Below are positions 1-8,285 of a stretch of 15,808 nt of DNA, one piece after another. Position 1 is the first letter of the stretch. Each line of letters starts with the position of its first letter. Position numbers and translations under genes: made by a program. Source of the stretch: Methanothrix sp. (lineage in GTDB: Archaea; Halobacteriota; Methanosarcinia; Methanotrichales; Methanotrichaceae). The DNA lies in contig JBAXWY010000055.1 of assembly GCA_037128175.1 (NCBI GenBank), forward strand, positions 1 to 15,808, given 5' to 3'. Below the pieces are notes generated by a model that had not been told where the DNA came from, made no database searches, and saw only the letters and a list, made by a program, of their open reading frames with translations.

Positions 1-485
1 GGAGCCGATCACCGCGAAGTGACGGCCTGACCCTGCCCGAAGCTCGACATTAAACCGGGGCTCGAAGGCAGCATAAGCGCTGGAATTTCACACAGCGTCC
101 ATTTTACAGGAACCCTTTTCATGGGGCCTCTTGCCTGCCCTCTCGCCTTTGGCTTGATTTGTGCCGCGTCATGCCCCGACCGTGTATTAGCGTGAGATCC
201 GGTGGATTACTGCGCCTGTTACAGCGCGCAACTTTTTCAGCCCACCGAAATATCAGCCTCACAGGCTCGTAGCCAAATGCAGTGCCACGACGGCATGCAT
301 CTCCTGTACCAAGGGATCAAGACCATCCAGCCTTTAGGAGCTGGCGGCATGTTGCTCCATGGTGAAGCAAACACCCTTGTCATCAGAGCATCATCAGATA
401 CGTTAAGCCCACGGCACGCCCGCCACCCTATTCAATGGCATGAAGCGGCAAACTATGTATATAATCATTATAGATATTTGTAGTT

Positions 486-502
486 GGCGGTCAAGGACCG
501 CC
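486..502. repeat. Short GC-rich hairpin
   Basis: GGCGGTC-AAG-GACCGCC, perfect 7-bp stem. Confidence 0.35.
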
Positions 503-525
503 TGGGCTGGAAAATAGATAGATAA

Positions 526-552
526 TTGAGCCTGCACAGCGCGCGGGCTCAA
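526..552. repeat. Hairpin overlapping DUF1699 stop codon (possible terminator or processing signal)
   Basis: TTGAGCCTGC-ACAGCGC-GCGGGCTCAA; 10-bp stem with one T:G pair. Confidence 0.4.
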
Positions 553-956
553 GCGGTAACTTTGGTCTTGGCGATGTACTTGATCAGTTCCGGGCCGATC
601 CTGGCCTTCTTATGAATCTGATCAGCCACATCGTCCGCGGATGCGCCGCTTGCTGCCAGGGCGCGAATCTCCTCAATCGTGGAGTCTTCAACGGTGAAGT
701 ACTCATCCAGGTCCTTTCTGTGGCCCCACACGTCGCCTTCCACCATATCAATGCCCTGCATCTCCAGGAATACCTGGATGGCATTGGACATGGTCTTGCG
801 GTAGGATGGCGGAACCTGAATCATTCTCAGCCTGGGGCATCTCTGCATCAAGTTAAGGAAATCTACATTGCTGGCCCTGAAGGCCAGGTGAACAGTCTTC
901 TCATTTGGATTCAAATTAGGGATCTCATTTCTTGCGCTGATTACTCTAAGTCTCAT
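549..956 (-). CDS. DUF1699 family protein (methanogen)
   Basis: 135 aa; MRLRVIS..LNPNEKTVHLAFR..EGDVWGHRKDLDEYF matches the pattern I recall for Methanosarcinales DUF1699 proteins; GGAGTG upstream of ATG. Confidence 0.85.
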   Translation of the reverse strand: MRLRVISARNEIPNLNPNEKTVHLAFRASNVDFLNLMQRCPRLRMIQVPPSYRKTMSNAIQVFLEMQGIDMVEGDVWGHRKDLDEYFTVEDSTIEEIRALAASGASADDVADQIHKKARIGPELIKYIAKTKVTA

Positions 957-1085
957 TTTAGCACTCCAGACCCTAAGATGCGTTCCCTAATATTAATAGA
1001 CACTTGCGAGTAATATCATCACTAAAAATATGGATTTAGCACTGCGCTGGAGCGAGGAGGTTAATACCCTATTCAACAATCTGAG

Positions 1086-1298
1086 ATGGGAGATTGGGCA
1101 AAATTGGCTAAGAAAGCGAAGCATAGCGATGCCGTCATGACTGGCATTCTCGTTACCAAGTTTAAAATGGGCCAAATCAACGTCGAGGACCTGGAGCAGA
1201 TGGCGGCTGATGCCACCAGAGCGGAGAGGTGCTCGGCGGCGAAAAAGGTACTGGAGGCAGTGAGGGACACAGCCGTCGATGCCAATCTTATATGCTAA
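1086..1298 (+). CDS. Small hypothetical protein (70 aa, helical)
   Basis: ATG start, protein-like composition, fills the gap divergent from DUF1699; AT-rich GTTAATA about 25 nt upstream. Confidence 0.6.
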   Translation: MGDWAKLAKKAKHSDAVMTGILVTKFKMGQINVEDLEQMAADATRAERCSAAKKVLEAVRDTAVDANLIC

Positions 1299-1346
1299 TA
1301 TCTCCAAGTACTCGTATAAGTAGAAGTAAATTAGGTGGCGGCTAGC

Positions 1347-2069
1347 ATGGCAACCAAGAATAAAGAAATGCGGATCAAGATAATCAAAGATGGTCCCTAT
1401 CGGATTACAGGTGGATTGCCTCTATACGAACAGGTAATTGTAACTGATGAGGCGGGCCACACCCGGGAATTAATTGATAAAAAAGAATACCCTCCGCAGG
1501 AGACCTATATCCTGTGCCGTTGCGGCGCATCTAAAAATAAGCCTTTCTGTGATGGGACCCACCGGGAGATCGGTTTCGATGGAAGTGAAACAGCCAGCAG
1601 GAAGCCCTACCTGGAAAAAGCAGAGATTGAAGGCCCTGAGCTGAAATTAACCGATGCACACGAATTCTGCGACCACTCTCGTTTCTGTATGCGAGCTGGC
1701 GGGATAAGGGATCTCATACAAAAATCAGATGATCCAGAAGCCCGGCGAACAGCTATTGAAGAGGCCATGATCTGCCCCTCCGGTAGGCTGGTTTTATGGG
1801 ATAAGAAAACGGGCAACCCCTTTGAGAAGGAGTTTAAACCCTCTCTGGTGCTTGTGCATGACAAACAAAAAGGTTGTTAAGGCCCAATATGGGTTCGTGG
1901 CGGTGTTCCGATTGAATCCGCAGATGGCAGTACGTATGAATCCCGCAACAGGGTAACCCTCTGCCGATGTGGAAAATCAGAGAACAAGCCCTACTGTGAC
2001 GGGAGCCACTGGATGAACAGCGAGCAGAAGCTCCAGTTCCGGAAAAAGTGGGGATTGGATGAGATTTGA
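1347..2069 (+). pseudogene. CDGSH iron-sulfur protein (CDGSH + divergent 4Fe-4S domain + CDGSH) with internal TAA at 1878-1880
   Basis: LCRCGASKNKPFCDGTH and CDHSRFC...CPSG before the stop; the same frame continues GPIWVRGGVPIESADG...LCRCGKSENKPYCDGSH to TGA at 2067-2069; AGGTG before ATG 1347. Confidence 0.88.
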
Positions 2070-2105
2070 AATCCGCTGACTTTGCCTTTTTGCGAATCTT
2101 AAGCG

Positions 2106-2378
2106 CTACTCCAGCGTCTCCGTGCCCACTTTCTTGACCACGGGTTTCCAGATCTTGTCTCCCATCCAGGCCGGCGCACCCTTGGGCTTGTCCACCTGCA
2201 CCCTCTCGCCTGTGAATATGTGCACCTTCTTCGTGCCCCGTTCGCGGAGTTTGATGTCCGTGTGGCCCCGGTTGGCCGCTTTCAGGGCCGCCTGTCGAGG
2301 CGCTTTGCCCGTGAAAACTCCTATCTCATTGCCGTTCTCGTCCCGCAGGGCGAAATTTCTCATCTCTTTCTCTGTCAT
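2106..2378 (-). CDS. Non-histone chromosomal protein MC1
   Basis: RNFALRD.NGNEIGVFTGKAPRQAALKAANRG..IKLRERGTKKVHIF.G.R..V.KP..APAWM..KIWKP.VKK is the MC1 signature; ATG 2378 preceded by GGTGGGAG; TTTATAC at 2424-2430 on the minus strand. Confidence 0.95.
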   Translation of the reverse strand: MTEKEMRNFALRDENGNEIGVFTGKAPRQAALKAANRGHTDIKLRERGTKKVHIFTGERVQVDKPKGAPAWMGDKIWKPVVKKVGTETLE

Positions 2379-2449
2379 AACTCCCACCTACACAAAGATC
2401 GATATGCATAAAGAGATCAGCTTGTATAAATCGATTCCCTGTGTCACAT

Positions 2450-2578
2450 CCAAAAACGGTCAAGCAAATACGTTCAGAGCATTGGATTGAGGACACTAAT
2501 GAGCAGATCAATACCAGGGTCTACGAGCTTTGCGGATTGACAGGACGGGAGATCAGGATTGTGGAAGAGATTCGTTAG
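2450..2578 (+). pseudogene. Relic of the C-terminus of a type IIG / Eco57I-TaqI-like N6-methyltransferase gene
   Basis: Translates as PKTVKQIRSEHWIEDTNEQINTRVYELCGLTGREIRIVEEIR*, resembling the conserved 'IEATDxEIDxLVYELYGLTxEEIxIVE' terminus; the rest of the gene is absent. Confidence 0.7.
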
Positions 2579-2676
2579 ATCATATGTCGTCAGTCTTCGC
2601 TACCTTCTCCTTCAGCATGGTGGAGCTGAGAGCCATCTACCTCATGGATAATTTATAATAGATGTTTGGTGTAATA

Positions 2677-3096
2677 ATGTGTATGAAACAGATTTGGTGC
2701 TTTGCAATGTTGGCCATGCTCTTCTTGGCTACAGGTATCTGTATGGCTGAGGTTCCAGACCTTGTAGGGAACTGGACTGGTTTGGAAAGTTGGTATGGTG
2801 AAGTAAATGGATCCGTCAAACTGATAGAAAACGAAGGCCTCAATCTCAATGTCGCAGAACAGAAGAACCGTCTATTTACAGGAAACCTGACTTACAAGTC
2901 AGAAAATGGGACAGAGATTGTTGAGGGTTTTTCCGGAGCTATTGGTCTGGATAACAAAACGCTTTATCTCTCCGAATTTAATGAAGGTTATGACATGGGG
3001 ACCATAATTTCCGATGATGAGATTGAGATGATATATCTCCAGGATGGTAAAAAGGCAGAAACTACCATTGTCAGGCTTCACCGGATAAAGGCATAA
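2677..3096 (+). CDS. Secreted hypothetical protein (probable beta-barrel, 'VPDLVGNWTG' type)
   Basis: Signal peptide MKQIWCFAMLAMLFLATGICMA followed by a beta-rich mature part; GGTG before ATG 2677 (2662 and 2683 are alternative starts). Confidence 0.75.
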   Translation: MCMKQIWCFAMLAMLFLATGICMAEVPDLVGNWTGLESWYGEVNGSVKLIENEGLNLNVAEQKNRLFTGNLTYKSENGTEIVEGFSGAIGLDNKTLYLSEFNEGYDMGTIISDDEIEMIYLQDGKKAETTIVRLHRIKA

Positions 3097-3293
3097 TACT
3101 ATCCTTGGATCTCCTAGTTGGACGGATTAGACTGGAGTAATGGCTGGGAATAGTAGTCCTGCCATCCAGCTTTTTCTTGAGAGGATAGTTGTTATGGATT
3201 TTTGGCTAGACGAAGATCTCTTCTTTTCCCCTGTTTGCAGGTCAAACGCTTTATTCTCAGGCCGATATAGGACCCGCCAGAGGGAACAGGAAT

Positions 3294-4404
3294 ATGAAAA
3301 AGTCCAATCTTAAGCGGCTCATGCAAGTAGCCCTTCTCGCAGTCTTGCTGGTTGCCGTCTCGGCAGCTACAGTCTCTGCGAGCGAGAATTTAAGCGTGCA
3401 TTTCCTGGATGTCGGCCAGGGCGACTCCATCTTGCTGCAGTTTAACAACAAGAACGTCCTCATCGACGCCGGCACCCAGGACATGGGGCCGAGAGTCGAG
3501 TCCTATTTGCAGAATCACGGGGTCTCAAGCCTGGACCTCATGGTCGCAACACACCCGCACGAAGACCACATCGGCGGATTACTAAAGATCCTCAATGACT
3601 TCAGCGTCAAGCAAGTGCTGGACAGCGGCCAAACGCATACGACGCAGACCTTCGAGAACTACTTGAATCTGATCGATCAAAAGAACATTCTATTCAACAT
3701 CGCCGAACGGGGCCAGACCATCGATCTCGACCCCAGCCTCAAGATCGAGGTCCTCTCTCCGCCAGCAACGCTGTTTGCGGGGGATCTCAATCAAAACTCG
3801 GTTGTCTTGAGAGTCACCTACAACAAGGTCTCCTTCCTGCTCGCGGGAGACGCCGGCTTCCAGGCCGAGGACAGCATCATGGCATCCGGGTTATGACCTG
3901 AAGAGCGATATTCTCAAGGTCGGGCACCATGGCAGCTCCTCCGCTTCCAGCCCGTCTTTCTTGAGCAGGGTTATGCCAACCGGTAGCATCATTGAAGTCG
4001 GGGCGACAAATGCCTACGGCCACCCGACCCAGGCGACGTTGAGCGCTCTCCAGAATACCGACACGAAGATCTACAGGACGGACCTCGACGGGAATATCGT
4101 TGTAACTACAGACGGTCAGAGCTATTCCGTCTCCACCGGGAAGCAATCCTGGAGCACGACCGGCACCGCGCCAAAGAGCACGGCCTCTGCTGTCGCATGG
4201 ACAGACACGGCAGCTGTCGCCTCTGGCACAGTCGCCACGTCTTCCCAGGGGCCTTTCGTCGGCTCCGCGAAATCGGACAAGTACCATTACCCGAGCTGCA
4301 GTTCTGCAGAAAAGATAAAACCCGCAAACTTGGTTACATTCTCCAGCTCTGCAGACGCCCGGGCGCAGGGGTACGTGTCCTGCGGGAGATGCAACCCACC
4401 ATGA
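3294..4404 (+). pseudogene. ComEC/Rec2-like metallo-beta-lactamase-fold nuclease with signal peptide and C-terminal Ada-type metal-binding domain; frameshift at ~3891
   Basis: FLDVGQGDS, THPHEDHIGG, NQNSVV, LLAGDA; removing one T in GGG-TTAT-GAC restores GYDLKSDILKVGHHGS...NAYGHP and the end KYHYPSC...GYVSCGRCNPP. Confidence 0.9.
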
Positions 4405-4414
4405 GGTGCTGTAA

Positions 4415-4663
4415 ATGAAAGCTATAATTGATCGGGTCGAAGGCAAAATAGCGGTCCTTTTGCTGGGGGATGAGAGCACAAAGCTCAACATTCCCCTCTC
4501 TCAGCTCCCGGACGGGTGCAAGGAGGGCGATATCCTGAACATGTCCTTCGAGCGGGACGTTGTGGGGACTGAGCAGACCAAGGAGAGGATATCGGACCTG
4601 ATGGATAAGCTGAAGAAGAAGAACCAGGGCAAGACTGGGATCATCCGGGGTCCTGGCAGCTAG
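4415..4663 (+). CDS. DUF3006 family protein
   Basis: MKAIIDRVEGKIAVL...LPDGCKEGDIL; usual downstream partner of ComEC-like MBL genes; GAGGTG upstream. Confidence 0.9.
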   Translation: MKAIIDRVEGKIAVLLLGDESTKLNIPLSQLPDGCKEGDILNMSFERDVVGTEQTKERISDLMDKLKKKNQGKTGIIRGPGS

Positions 4664-4810
4664 TATCGAGGATCATCTAAGTCGATGGAGACGCGGGAGA
4701 CAACGCAAACCGAGGCCTCCATCATTCAATATGGTCATCCTGGCGGCGCTCATTCATCTCGGCATTCTCACATTTCCTCATCAGTAACTCAACGACTTTT
4801 TATTTTTAAA

Positions 4811-4945
4811 GCAATACCCCGATGCTTGCATCGGGGATAAAGGGCATGCTTATTCAGCTTAGGTTTGGATCAGCTTAACCTGGTTCCACCTTCATGCGGC
4901 GGCGCCTTGGATGCCCCGCAGCTTGCTGCGCGGGTGCGCCGCCGC
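4811..4945. repeat. Pair of related GC-rich palindromes (REP-like or MITE-like)
   Basis: CCCCGATGC-TT-GCATCGGGG (4817-4836) and CCCCGCAGC-TT-GCTGCGCGGG (4914-4934); the second is enclosed by GCGGCGGCGC/GCGCCGCCGC (4896-4905/4936-4945). Confidence 0.65.
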
Positions 4946-5011
4946 CGTTTCACCTGGCCAAAAGCTTTTTCGCTATGTCTCACATTACCGAAAAACTGAG
5001 GAGGGATCACA

Positions 5012-5560
5012 GCGAAGCCAAAGATATTTGCCCTAATCTTATTATGCGTATTGATTTCCGGATGCATGGAAAGCCCAAAAACAGTCACCCCACCAGTAAC
5101 GATACCAAGTCCCTATTATGCAAAAGTGGACCCCTGGCTCGACCATTCCATTTTCGGGATAGAAACCCTGATCGGTTCTGGCATTCTAAGAAAATATGAT
5201 GCAAATGTCTTCGATTGCAGTGAGATGGCTGCTTATCTGGAATGGATGCTCGAGAAGCAGGGCTTTGATAGCAAAATCTGCCTTGCGGATAGATTTGCAA
5301 ACGGGAGCATATCTCATGCCTGGATTGCGATAGACATTCCACCCAAGAGATACTATGTGGAGCCTACAGCCTTGAACTCTGGCGGCTTTGTCTTCTCTAC
5401 AATAAAACCGTATGATGGAAACTACAAGGACTACAGCAAATATGATGCCATATATGAAGACATATACGAAGCCACAAAAAGTAATCCGGTATCTGAGTTC
5501 GACTGGTGGAATGATCCCCAATTGGCAAACAACCTTAAGGAATCTCAAGGTGGAAGATAA
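5012..5560 (+). CDS. Lipoprotein with transglutaminase/papain-like Cys-His-Glu triad; expected start codon reads GCG
   Basis: Frame is open upstream of TTG 5051 giving (A)KPKIFALILLCVLISGC with a lipobox, after GAGGAGGG; motifs FDCSE, HAWI, YVEPT. Confidence 0.7.
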   Translation, partial: AKPKIFALILLCVLISGCMESPKTVTPPVTIPSPYYAKVDPWLDHSIFGIETLIGSGILRKYDANVFDCSEMAAYLEWMLEKQGFDSKICLADRFANGSISHAWIAIDIPPKRYYVEPTALNSGGFVFSTIKPYDGNYKDYSKYDAIYEDIYEATKSNPVSEFDWWNDPQLANNLKESQGGR

Positions 5561-6033
5561 TGTCAATAAATCTGATTAAATCTGTCTTTATCTTCACGGC
5601 ACTTGCAATCCTCCTTTCTTTAGGAGGGTCAGGAACCTGTTCAAACGCTACTGACAAATGGAAAACAATTATCTTCACTGAAGATGCCCCAAAGGTGATA
5701 GGGCCTTATAGCCAGGCGGTGCAATATGAAGGTCTTCTATTCATCTCCGGGCAGATCGGAATTGATCCAATATCAGGAAACCTTTCCGCATCCCTGGAGA
5801 CTCAAACAAAGCAGGTAATGGAAAACCTAAGGGCAATTTTAGCACAGGCCAACATGAGCTTCGAAGATGTTGTTCAGACCCGAATTTATCTGAAGGAAAT
5901 TGGAGATTTCGAGAAGGTAAACGAAATATACGCAGGATACTTTGAAGCGAACTATCCAGCCAGATCAACTATTCAGGCGGCTGCATTGCCAAAGAATGCG
6001 CAGATCGAGATTGAAATGATGGCGATCAGGTGA
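5560..6033 (+). CDS. ridA: RidA/YjgF/UK114 family enamine deaminase with N-terminal hydrophobic signal
   Basis: APKVIGPYSQAV, LFISGQI, YPARSTIQ (catalytic Arg), LPKNAQIEIEM; TAATG coupling to the upstream gene. Confidence 0.9.
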   Translation: MSINLIKSVFIFTALAILLSLGGSGTCSNATDKWKTIIFTEDAPKVIGPYSQAVQYEGLLFISGQIGIDPISGNLSASLETQTKQVMENLRAILAQANMSFEDVVQTRIYLKEIGDFEKVNEIYAGYFEANYPARSTIQAAALPKNAQIEIEMMAIR

Positions 6034-6056
6034 AAATAGATCTGGCACATCTCTCG

Positions 6057-6236
6057 CTACGGCTTCCCGGTCTTCTCTTGCAGCAGCGCCTGGGCATCCG
6101 CATGCATGCTGGCGAGCTTCTTGGTGATCGGGTGCTGTGGGCCGTACTCCTGCTCTGCCAGTCCCTTGATCCGCCAGATCTCGGAGAGAAGCTTGCCAAT
6201 CTCCTTGGTTACGTACTTGCGATTTTGCTCAGTCAT
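6057..6236 (-). CDS. Small hypothetical protein (59 aa), not in the ORF track
   Basis: MTEQNRKYVTKEIGKLLSEIWRIKGLAEQEYGPQHPITKKLASMHADAQALLQEKTGKP*; G/C-ending codons, helical-hairpin pattern, AT-rich promoter-like tract at ~6320-6340. Confidence 0.7.
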   Translation of the reverse strand: MTEQNRKYVTKEIGKLLSEIWRIKGLAEQEYGPQHPITKKLASMHADAQALLQEKTGKP

Positions 6237-6449
6237 CTGTCTTGCAGCTCCGCCAGGTCCTTCAATGCCATCGCATTTTACCTTTTTCGTTCTGGTAATA
6301 TATCTGAACCATCATCTTATCAATAAATATTAAATATAACGTATGCCCAATGTTTTGCAATATCGTGATCATTTGTTCTTGGGGCAAAGCTTTGAGCGCA
6401 CACCGGGAGGGAGAATTACCATCGCATCGAGCAGATTGAGGGGGACGCT

Positions 6450-6698
6450 GTGAACCAGGCGGCCATTCTGGCAGTGCTTCCCGATAGCAAAGATGATGCC
6501 AAATCTTTGAAGGAGATCGCCAATGAAATGGGCCTGGAAATCACCGCCTATGTCGATTGGATTCGCGTAGAGAGACGCCTGTCCAGCTCTTTGAGGGCTT
6601 TAGCGAGATGGGGTCTGGTGGCTCTGGAGCGCAGGCAGAGAGAAGACGGCCACAAGTTTTGGTATAACGCCTACTGGAAGACTGATCCGGCAGAGTAG
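6450..6698 (+). CDS. Small winged-HTH-like hypothetical protein
   Basis: GTG after GAGGGGG; SLKEIANEMGL...LSSSLRALARWGLV then beta-wing FWYNAYWK. Confidence 0.7.
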   Translation: MNQAAILAVLPDSKDDAKSLKEIANEMGLEITAYVDWIRVERRLSSSLRALARWGLVALERRQREDGHKFWYNAYWKTDPAE

Positions 6699-6713
6699 GC
6701 GGGCAGGATCCTT

Positions 6714-7379
6714 TCATAATTTCTCGTGGTATTCAGAGGCCAGGAGGGATATTTTGTCGCCTATGGGAATGGTCAAGTCGTTATCCTGCAGCCGGGCTAT
6801 GCCTTCCTCGATGTAGTTGATCCAGATCTTCTCTTTCGCCTCGCCAGCCTTGCGGTACTGCGCCTCTATCTCCCGGTAAACTGCATCATAGTCCAGGCCT
6901 GCAATGACAAGATTGGTGCAGTCCGGAGCGTCTCCCGGCCGGTTGGCGATCAGCTTCATGATGAAGATGTCTTCCAGGGAGGCATCCCTGATCACCAGGC
7001 CGCCGAAGGACCTGATTCTTGTAGCCCTCTGCCACATAGCCTCGGAGAGGTCGAAGTCGTAGGAGATCCGCTCGGCGAATACGTCCAGATTGCGCCCGCC
7101 CTTCACTGCCAGCCGCTTGACGCCCAGCCGCTCATGCCTCTTCTCCGGGCCGACGATCTCAAAGCCCAGGGCCTTGGCGGCAGCAAGCAGCCTCTCCTTA
7201 TCCACCTCGCTCCGGCAGACGACATCGATATCCTTGGTGGCGTCCTTGAGCCCCAGCTCCAGCATCACGGCTCCGCCAATAAGCAGGGCCTCGACCTTAT
7301 GTTTCAGAACCTGGCCGAGCTGTTCGAGCACCTCGTTGACCTCTTCGCGCCTGGAGATCATGTTAGAGCTTGATATCAT
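6714..7379 (-). CDS. Nucleotidyltransferase, DUF6036 / AbiEii-MenT-like (putative toxin)
   Basis: LIGGAVM...ATKDIDVV and later MKLIANRPGD..D motifs of Pol-beta-like AbiEii NTases; overlaps the upstream stop (alternative start 7361). Confidence 0.8.
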   Translation of the reverse strand: MISSSNMISRREEVNEVLEQLGQVLKHKVEALLIGGAVMLELGLKDATKDIDVVCRSEVDKERLLAAAKALGFEIVGPEKRHERLGVKRLAVKGGRNLDVFAERISYDFDLSEAMWQRATRIRSFGGLVIRDASLEDIFIMKLIANRPGDAPDCTNLVIAGLDYDAVYREIEAQYRKAGEAKEKIWINYIEEGIARLQDNDLTIPIGDKISLLASEYHEKL

Positions 7380-8241
7380 AGAGATCTGTCCTGTCCTCGA
7401 TATCTTCCATGGTCGGATAGCCTTTGATCCTCTCGCCCTGCAGCACTGCTTTCAGATCCTTCATCATAGGATGATCGATAGCCTCCAATTTATCCCTGTT
7501 CTTCAGATAGAACAGCACGCAAAAAAGCTTCTGGGAGAACTCCCCTGCCGAGTCCAGGGAGTGTATGAATACCTCCCGGATGGATAGCTCCCTCTTGGGC
7601 AGGGTGTAGTAATTATCCCTCAGCCCCAGCTCGATCCCGTAATCCTCGTAGGCGGAAAAGGAGGTGAAGGTGGCATCCTGCGGCCTCAGGCTCTTGAAGA
7701 GCACGCTTGTCCCGTAGCTTTTAATGAGCAGGGCCTCACGGGGCACGAGACGCAGGACCTGGTACTCCTGAAGGGAGGTCACGAAATCCTTCAGCTCCGG
7801 CCAGACGATGTAGTTGAAGGAGAAATGATGGGCTTTGCCTTGCTTCGAACGGCTGACCACGCCCACCCAGAGAAAGCCCTTCAGATAGCCGTACAGGGTA
7901 TCACTGGGGATGTCGGTCTCCATGGCCAGAGCTTCCAGGCTCCTGGGGGTCCGGTCCAGCCTGGCGAGCAGCTCCACCCGCCGCAGGGAGAGGATCTTAT
8001 GCAGAGGTGAGGCCCGGTGGCTGAAGTAGAGCTTCTTGAAGGCCTCTGCCGGGGGCGTGCCGGCCAGAACGACCTCGCGCCCTCTCCGTTCCGCCAGCCC
8101 CATTTCCACCAGGTGAGTTATGAGCCGGGAGACGGTCTCCCTGCGAAGCCCCAGTTCCGCCTGGAGGATGCGGGGGTTCATCGGCTCTTTAGATCCGGTG
8201 ATGAGGACGAGCGCTCGGATGTCGTTCTGGCTTAAAGGCAT
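7363..8241 (-). CDS. Double winged-HTH regulator / putative antitoxin, copy A
   Basis: Two HTH segments (LQAELGLRRETVSRLITHL; LEALAMETDIPSDTLYGYL) and C-terminal TSFSAYEDYGI; coupled to the NTase. Confidence 0.8.
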   Translation of the reverse strand: MPLSQNDIRALVLITGSKEPMNPRILQAELGLRRETVSRLITHLVEMGLAERRGREVVLAGTPPAEAFKKLYFSHRASPLHKILSLRRVELLARLDRTPRSLEALAMETDIPSDTLYGYLKGFLWVGVVSRSKQGKAHHFSFNYIVWPELKDFVTSLQEYQVLRLVPREALLIKSYGTSVLFKSLRPQDATFTSFSAYEDYGIELGLRDNYYTLPKRELSIREVFIHSLDSAGEFSQKLFCVLFYLKNRDKLEAIDHPMMKDLKAVLQGERIKGYPTMEDIEDRTDLYDIKL

Positions 8242-8254
8242 TCTCTTTAAATTA

Positions 8255-8280
8255 GATCAAATATCTATATAAATGTGATC
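8255..8280 (-). promoter_or_regulatory. TATA box with overlapping imperfect inverted repeat
   Basis: TTTATATA on minus strand at 8266-8273, about 25 nt before ATG 8241; arms GATCAAATAT / AAATGTGATC pair at 8 of 10. Confidence 0.55.
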
Positions 8281-8285
8281 CTTAT

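Noticed and set aside
1-30. Possible 3' end of an upstream gene (GADHREVTA*)
   Set aside because: Too short to support
202-483. 93-aa ORF on plus strand
   Set aside because: No recognisable motif, atypical composition, no clear RBS; other frames here also gave nothing convincing
1878-1880. Pyrrolysine or selenocysteine recoding
   Set aside because: The codon is TAA, not TAG or TGA
3961-4404. Separate 147-aa gene
   Set aside because: It is the frameshifted C-terminal half of the MBL hydrolase
4870-5199. ORFs 4870..5088 (-) and 4894..5199 (+)
   Set aside because: They run through GC palindromes and overlap the lipoprotein gene; not protein-like
6726-7373. 215-aa ORF antisense to the NTase
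   Set aside because: Shadow frame typical of GC-rich coding DNA; no motifs
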